From a virus, in the IMG/VR virus record IMGVR_UViG_3300021962_000028, positions 1 to 64,000 of that record: a stretch of DNA of 64,000 bases, one strand, 5' to 3'. This document shows, piece by piece, positions 58,884-64,000 of the stretch. The position numbers and the translations under genes are program-made. The number at the start of each line of letters is the position of its first letter. Positions within the stretch are counted from its first letter, which is position 1. The notes under the pieces were generated by a model. It had not been told where the DNA came from and did not search any database. It was given only the letters and a program-made list of their open reading frames with translations.

Positions 58884-60404
58884 TTATTTAACGACGTTCA
58901 TTTTCGTCATCAAATCCTTCATTCTTAAGAATTGAGGATTTTCGTATGTTTTAGATTCCATTAAGTTAACTGCTGAACCTGAAGCTGGACTTCTTTCGAT
59001 TTTCTCTTGTAAAGACTCTTTTACTACAGTTGCAGAACCTTGGTTACCTAATTCATCTTTTATTGTTTTATAAAGAGATTTTGACTCTTTTAAAGATTCA
59101 ACAGAATCAAATCTTCTTAAGATGTTGATTTTTTCCTGTTTAGTCGTTGAATGTTCTGTGAACAATCTAGTAGCGTATGCTAAGTTTGAGTTGAATACCG
59201 CAACCTCATTTAATTTAGTTCTGAAAACATTTAAAGCTTTTCTGTACTCTTCGTTTCTTTCTCTAAGTACTTGTAATTCTTTATTGTTTACAGATTCTAC
59301 TCTTAAGTGTTGTGGTGCTGCTTTTGGTTTTGGTAGACCTTTCTTACCGAAATATTTACCTGTACCTAAAGTTCTTGAAGCCTCTCCTGTTTCACCACCC
59401 ATTTTGGTTGGTTCCATTCCGTCTTCTTCTTTAAATTCAAACTTAGGTTTACCTGTTCCTTTTGTAGGATTACCGTGTTTCATATTATCTTTGAAACCAC
59501 CAGTAGTCTTTTTGTATCCGAACTTAGGTTTACCCATTCCTACTCCTTTAGCTTTGAATCCTTCTTTTGTTTCCATTTTTTCAATGTCAGCTTCTTCTGA
59601 CCATTCTTCATCAACCGAAACGATTTCTTCTTTATCGTCCATTTCGATTTCATAAACAATTTCTTCTTCTTCACCATCACCTTCTTCTTCGAAGTCGTTA
59701 AATGATGATAAGAAATCGTCATCAGAATCATCGTCAAGATTAAAATCGAATTCATCCGAATTCATATCGTCTTCGTCTTCGTCTTCATCTGAAAAATTCA
59801 TATCAATTTCTGACCAATCATCCATATCATCTTCTTCATCTAATGATATCTCATACATCATACCTTCTTCATCAACAGGAACTCCTGACTTATCGTCAAA
59901 TGGGTTCATTTCTTCTCCTAATGAAATTTTATAATGTACGTCGTCGTTTGAATCTTCTAAATCGATTGTGTCACCGTCTTTCTTTACAATGATACCGTCT
60001 TCATCACCCATAGCTTTAAAAACTTTAAGGATTTCCTCGTCGCTAGCATTTGTTAAGTCAACTAATGAATCATCATCAGAACCAAACTCGAACTCATCAT
60101 CTGAATCAAATTCATCTGTGTCGTCCATTGACATATTATCATCCATATCCTCGTCATCTTCAATGTCATCCATATCGTCAAACTCTAAGTCGTCATCATC
60201 TGCTTCCTCAAGGTCTTGACCATAAGACATATCTAAATCTAGGTTGGAATCTTCTTCAGTCTCAGTTAAAGACTCTTTTACTAATTCGCTGATTTCTTCC
60301 TTCATTGTTGAAGCAAGTATTCCTTTTGCATTTTCAGCAACTACATTCTCCAAACTTTTCATTTGGATAAGTGCCTCTTCTACAAGATTTTGTTTTTCTG
60401 CCAT
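58884..60404 (-). CDS. Prohead core scaffolding protein (gp22-like)
   Basis: Very acidic middle, coiled-coil C-terminus, many L/I/V-x-E sites; immediately upstream of the capsid gene. Confidence 0.8.
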   Translation of the reverse strand: MAEKQNLVEEALIQMKSLENVVAENAKGILASTMKEEISELVKESLTETEEDSNLDLDMSYGQDLEEADDDDLEFDDMDDIEDDEDMDDNMSMDDTDEFDSDDEFEFGSDDDSLVDLTNASDEEILKVFKAMGDEDGIIVKKDGDTIDLEDSNDDVHYKISLGEEMNPFDDKSGVPVDEEGMMYEISLDEEDDMDDWSEIDMNFSDEDEDEDDMNSDEFDFNLDDDSDDDFLSSFNDFEEEGDGEEEEIVYEIEMDDKEEIVSVDEEWSEEADIEKMETKEGFKAKGVGMGKPKFGYKKTTGGFKDNMKHGNPTKGTGKPKFEFKEEDGMEPTKMGGETGEASRTLGTGKYFGKKGLPKPKAAPQHLRVESVNNKELQVLRERNEEYRKALNVFRTKLNEVAVFNSNLAYATRLFTEHSTTKQEKINILRRFDSVESLKESKSLYKTIKDELGNQGSATVVKESLQEKIERSPASGSAVNLMESKTYENPQFLRMKDLMTKMNVVK

Positions 60405-60547
60405 TATTCTTTTTTATTTGTATATAAATATTTCCAAATCATTAAAAAACTTAACTTTAATGATTGTTAAATTAAATTTTTTTTGATTCGGGGTTTATTT
60501 GTTGAAAAAAGTATATTTTAATACAACTAATAAATATTACCAAAAAC

Positions 60548-60576
60548 AAAAAAAGGAGGACTATTGTCCTCCTTTT
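60548..60576 (-). terminator. Rho-independent terminator
   Basis: AAAAGGAGGAC-TATT-GTCCTCCTTTT. Confidence 0.85.
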
Positions 60577-60595
60577 AAATAATTTTTTCTAATGA

Positions 60596-60814
60596 TTAAT
60601 CTTCAATTACCTCGTCGATTTTACTTTCAGAAACCGATGTGATTCTCCATTCTTGAGAGAATGACTCATATCGTTTAGTAACTTTGGCTTCTACGTCTGT
60701 CACGGAAAAACCTTTTACTAATTTTTCTTCTCTGATTTTTTTAATCTTACCAGTGTTCTCATCAGGTAAATCATACTGAATTTTTGCTACAAAATACTTT
60801 TCGTCCATTTCCAT
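60596..60814 (-). CDS. DUF4494-like protein
   Basis: YFVAKIQY..ENTGKIKKIREEKLV..SVTDVEAKV..I.SVSESKIDEV, recalled as a Bacteroidota-associated family. Confidence 0.6.
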   Translation of the reverse strand: MEMDEKYFVAKIQYDLPDENTGKIKKIREEKLVKGFSVTDVEAKVTKRYESFSQEWRITSVSESKIDEVIED

Positions 60815-60820
60815 AAATTT

Positions 60821-61549
60821 TTATTTACCCAAATAATCGGATAATTTTTTCATTAAGTCAAGCGATTTGTTTCCTGAATCTGTACTCATACCTGTCGCTC
60901 TTGACATTTGCATTTGTTTTTCTTCGTCAAGATTCTCATCATACTTACTTCTATCATCTGCATTTAAGAAAAGATACGCCCCTGGTGTTGAGGGTGAAGA
61001 CACTAAGTCAAAACAGATTAATTCAAAATCGTCTTGTACTTCGTTTTGTTCCCCCTTCTTAGCCAATGACCCTACACCTCTCGATGAGATACCTAAAGTA
61101 ACTCCTTGTCTTAAGTAGTTAGCCGCCATATCACCTTTAGTTGATACAATACCTCTTTCGTGAAAACCAGGTGAAGTTAATAGTTTTAATTTACCCATTA
61201 GTACATTTCCCTCCCACCACACTTCTGTGATAATGTGTGAAACTCTATCTAAGTCAATTAAAGAAGATTCAGGGTGATTTAATTCTGATAACGAAGTTCC
61301 TTTAGCAATTGCTTTTTTATAGTTCTCCGCCTCTCTTTTTAATATTCGTTCAGGATATACTCTACCATTTCTATTAGGGGTATTATATTTTTGTAATACT
61401 GCGTAGAACTCAAATGGTTTTGAGTGGTCTAATGTATTCTTAGATTCCTTAATAATCTCAGCGTTATGAGTATCCGATGGTGACACATACCCTGCGTCGT
61501 ATTCAATCAGAATTCCCTTACCTGATTCATTTGGTGCTAATACTTTCAT
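60821..61549 (-). CDS. Prohead core protease (T4 gp21-like)
   Basis: NRNGRVYP, ELNHP, RVSHII, GISSRGVGS, FDLVSSPSTPGA. Confidence 0.93.
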   Translation of the reverse strand: MKVLAPNESGKGILIEYDAGYVSPSDTHNAEIIKESKNTLDHSKPFEFYAVLQKYNTPNRNGRVYPERILKREAENYKKAIAKGTSLSELNHPESSLIDLDRVSHIITEVWWEGNVLMGKLKLLTSPGFHERGIVSTKGDMAANYLRQGVTLGISSRGVGSLAKKGEQNEVQDDFELICFDLVSSPSTPGAYLFLNADDRSKYDENLDEEKQMQMSRATGMSTDSGNKSLDLMKKLSDYLGK

Positions 61550-61599
61550 CTTTTTTGTTTACAAATAAATATACCGATAATATAGTATTGGTTCGTATT

Positions 61600-62043
61600 T
61601 TATAAAACCGATTGTTTTTTTGTTAATGAGAACTTGAATGTATCATTATCTCTGAAGTTATTTTTGATGATTGAATCTGTTACTTTTTTAATTGAATTTT
61701 TAATTTCCTTACTTTTAAAGTCTATTCCTACCTCATTTAGGTAAAAGTAACATTCTAAATTTAAAAATGATTTTTTGTTTTTTTGAATCCCACTACACCT
61801 TAAGTCTAAGTCAACAATAAATTTATCGTCATAAATTTCTTTGTCAATATATTCTAATACTGTGTGTTTAATTGACCTTGATAGATTATTCACTTCTCTA
61901 TTTGGGGATTCGATTTCGTCTTTTGGTTCTGCCCAAGTTTGGATGTTTAGATAAATTGATTTTAGGTTTTTCGCATCGACAGTACCGTAATTAACTTTGT
62001 AGGAACGATAACCTGATAGCTTCGCACTTTTCCCTTTTTTCAT
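61600..62043 (-). CDS. Hypothetical protein
   Basis: 147 aa; YGTVD.KNLKSIYL..W.EP; FIVDLDLR.SGI. Confidence 0.75.
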   Translation of the reverse strand: MKKGKSAKLSGYRSYKVNYGTVDAKNLKSIYLNIQTWAEPKDEIESPNREVNNLSRSIKHTVLEYIDKEIYDDKFIVDLDLRCSGIQKNKKSFLNLECYFYLNEVGIDFKSKEIKNSIKKVTDSIIKNNFRDNDTFKFSLTKKQSVL

Positions 62044-62115
62044 TCTGTTTCATATTGTTCAAGTTTATTTTTTATAAAAATAAGTAATAAATCTTGTCTT
62101 GTCAAAAACTTTCTG

Positions 62116-62123
62116 TAACTTTG
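62116..62123 (+). promoter_or_regulatory. Possible Bacteroidota-type -7 promoter element for bS21
   Basis: TAACTTTG matches TAnnTTTG, with CTTG 19 nt upstream. Confidence 0.45.
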
Positions 62124-62138
62124 GAATATTTGTATTAT

Positions 62139-62327
62139 ATGTTAATTGTAGAGATAAATAACCGACAACCATTAGAGAAAGCCCTTAAAATTCTAAAGGG
62201 AAAAGTAATTCGTACTAAACAAACTGAAAACCTAAAAAATAGGAAGGAGTTTACTAAAAAATCAGTTGAGCTTAGAGAACAAAGAATAAAAGCGATTTAT
62301 AAAGAAAAATTTAGAGAATCTCGTTAA
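62139..62327 (+). CDS. rpsU: Ribosomal protein bS21, Bacteroidota-like
   Basis: MLIVEINNRQPLEKALKILKGKV..LKNRKEFTKKSVELREQRIKAIY; ATG at 62139. Confidence 0.88.
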   Translation: MLIVEINNRQPLEKALKILKGKVIRTKQTENLKNRKEFTKKSVELREQRIKAIYKEKFRESR

Positions 62328-63015
62328 GAGACTTTAATTTAAATAATGAAACAGAATCAACTTTTTCATTTTTAATTTTCTCAATAGTTTCTGTTATTTT
62401 AGTCTTAGTTACTGAATCAGATTTTGTAGACAAATTTTCTAATTTTTCAATAACCATTTCACTAACAACATCATATCTTTTATCTAATTCAGACTGAGAT
62501 AGTGTAGAATATTTTTTAATTTCTTTTAACTCAGATTCGCTAATATTATTTAAATAATTTTTTAAAGTACTATTAGCAACCTCAACCATAGTATCGTAAG
62601 ATACATTGATTACGTTAGTTTGGTTCTTTTTAGTGATAAGATGATTAATAATAGTATTTTTACTATTAATAATATTTTCAACAACTACAGTATTTTTATT
62701 AACTACAGTGTCAATGTCTTTATAGTGGTTTTCAGTTTTAACGTCTTTAACCCAAGACTCTAATAATGACATAGTTTTCTTATTAATTGAAATCTTTTCA
62801 ATTAAACCAATACACTCATTTAGATAGTCGTCCGCAAAACTTTTTTCAAATCCTTTCTCTTTACTTAATTCATCGTAAAGATAAAACATTTTACTAACCT
62901 CTTTATTCTCTAATACTAATTTCTTGAATACTTTAATATCAGTATTAAACGAATCTTTTTTGTAAGACTCGACAAGTTTTGTTTCTATTTTTGATTTTAA
63001 TAATCCGAATTCCAT
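62311..63015 (-). CDS. Hypothetical head-module protein
   Basis: 234 aa, helical; directly after the portal gene. Confidence 0.75.
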   Translation of the reverse strand: MEFGLLKSKIETKLVESYKKDSFNTDIKVFKKLVLENKEVSKMFYLYDELSKEKGFEKSFADDYLNECIGLIEKISINKKTMSLLESWVKDVKTENHYKDIDTVVNKNTVVVENIINSKNTIINHLITKKNQTNVINVSYDTMVEVANSTLKNYLNNISESELKEIKKYSTLSQSELDKRYDVVSEMVIEKLENLSTKSDSVTKTKITETIEKIKNEKVDSVSLFKLKSLNEIL

Positions 63016-63028
63016 ATCTTATTTTATC

Positions 63029-64000
63029 TTATAAATATCTCTTATTTAAGAGTTTGTCTAATTCTTCAGAAATATCTCCTAAAGAATCTTGTCCTTTAGA
63101 TAAATCAATATAACTATCTTCAGTTAACATATCCTGAGATTCTAATAAAATATTAAGATTTTCTCTTTTAACTGATTCAGGAGTTATCTCAGATTCCCCT
63201 CCTGCTGGTGGGGCTTCTCCTCCTGTATCACCGCCAATTGGAGACTCTCCTCCACCTCCTAAACCTGCTGGTGGGGTAAATCCACTTTCTTCACCACCCG
63301 CAGTTTCACCTCCCGCACTTGCGGTGGTACCTGATGGACTTCCATATAATTTATCTATATTGTCGAAAATACCTGTTTTAGTTATAACTGTAGGAGTATT
63401 TTCAAGTTCTTTAGCAACCGCCTTTTCAAGTCTTTGTTGTTGTAAATCTAATCTAATATCTTCATCTGAAAAACCTAATACGTGTTTCTTAGCCCAAGAT
63501 ACTGACACAGGGGCGATACCTTCAATAGCAGTAACCGCATCTTTGTAAAGTAATATTTTTTCTTTCCACACGTCAATTTTTAACAAATCAGCTTGTGTCG
63601 ATGGATTTGATAATGTTAGAGTAAAGTTAGATAACTCGTCCTCAAATCCCAATAAGAATAAATGTATAATAGCAACTTTATTAAGTTCCGCTAACATACT
63701 TTTTTGTATTCTATTAATAGTTCGTGCAAAACGGATATCTTGTAATGATAAGTTTTTACCATCACCAACAACTTCCTCAAAACCTAAAAATGCTTTAGGT
63801 ACACGAAGTGCCGTTAATAATTTCTTTTGGATATATTCGATATCTGCAATCTCAGAAAGGTTTTGCGCTCCTGGTAATGTATCAATAGGGTTTGGTGCCG
63901 CAGGGTCACGAACAGGTACGAAGTAATCTTGGTCTACCGCCATTTGATTAAACCTCATATCAACATTACCCGTTTTATGGTCAACAACTTGGTCTCTTTT
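63029..64000 (-). CDS. Portal protein (T4 gp20-like), C-terminal part
   Basis: QDYFVPVR..IDTLPGAQNL.EI.DIEYIQKKL..ALRVPKAFL..DIRFAR.I.RIQ; open to the window edge. Confidence 0.93.
   Translation of the reverse strand, partial: KRDQVVDHKTGNVDMRFNQMAVDQDYFVPVRDPAAPNPIDTLPGAQNLSEIADIEYIQKKLLTALRVPKAFLGFEEVVGDGKNLSLQDIRFARTINRIQKSMLAELNKVAIIHLFLLGFEDELSNFTLTLSNPSTQADLLKIDVWKEKILLYKDAVTAIEGIAPVSVSWAKKHVLGFSDEDIRLDLQQQRLEKAVAKELENTPTVITKTGIFDNIDKLYGSPSGTTASAGGETAGGEESGFTPPAGLGGGGESPIGGDTGGEAPPAGGESEITPESVKRENLNILLESQDMLTEDSYIDLSKGQDSLGDISEELDKLLNKRYL

Noticed and set aside
59122-60486. Ser-rich plus-strand ORFs
   Set aside because: Antisense to the Asp/Glu-rich scaffold gene
1-64000. Stop-codon reassignment as in some large phages
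   Set aside because: Standard code gives dense, full-length genes
1-64000. tRNA/rRNA genes, integrase, transposase, or a bacterial chromosomal origin
   Set aside because: Intergenic gaps are short and AT-rich with no cloverleaf seen; host-like genes are interleaved with phage core genes

Overview
This 64-kb AT-rich window comes from a large T4-like (contractile-tail) bacteriophage. It holds the head module (portal C-terminus, prohead protease, acidic scaffold, major capsid protein), neck and tail genes (sheath, tube, gp26/gp51-like chaperone, tape measure, gp5-like spike, fibre/lectin proteins), family-B DNA polymerase, an SNF2 helicase, a gp55-like sigma factor and host-derived genes (bS21, Mn-SOD fusion, PhoH, dUTPase, methylglyoxal synthase, FKBP PPIase). 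A Bacteroidota host is inferred from the Bacteroidota-type bS21, a DUF4494-like gene, TAnnTTTG promoter matches and the lack of Shine-Dalgarno sites. The strongest candidate for a new system is phage-encoded mucin-type O-glycosylation of the virion: a GT60-family polypeptide GlcNAc-transferase heads one of two clusters with about 10 glycosyltransferase-like genes, next to virion proteins carrying Cys-bracketed Thr runs, Thr-Pro and Gly-Thr/Ser-Ser repeats. Other signals are a probable +1/-2 frameshift in the tail chaperone, a sense-strand TATTTAT late-promoter motif (reverse complement of the T4 one), a ubiquitin-like protein in the fibre operon, I/L-x-E leaders suggesting capsid-packaged cargo, and apparent GATC/CATG avoidance. 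All family calls come from motif recognition by eye; no searches were run.
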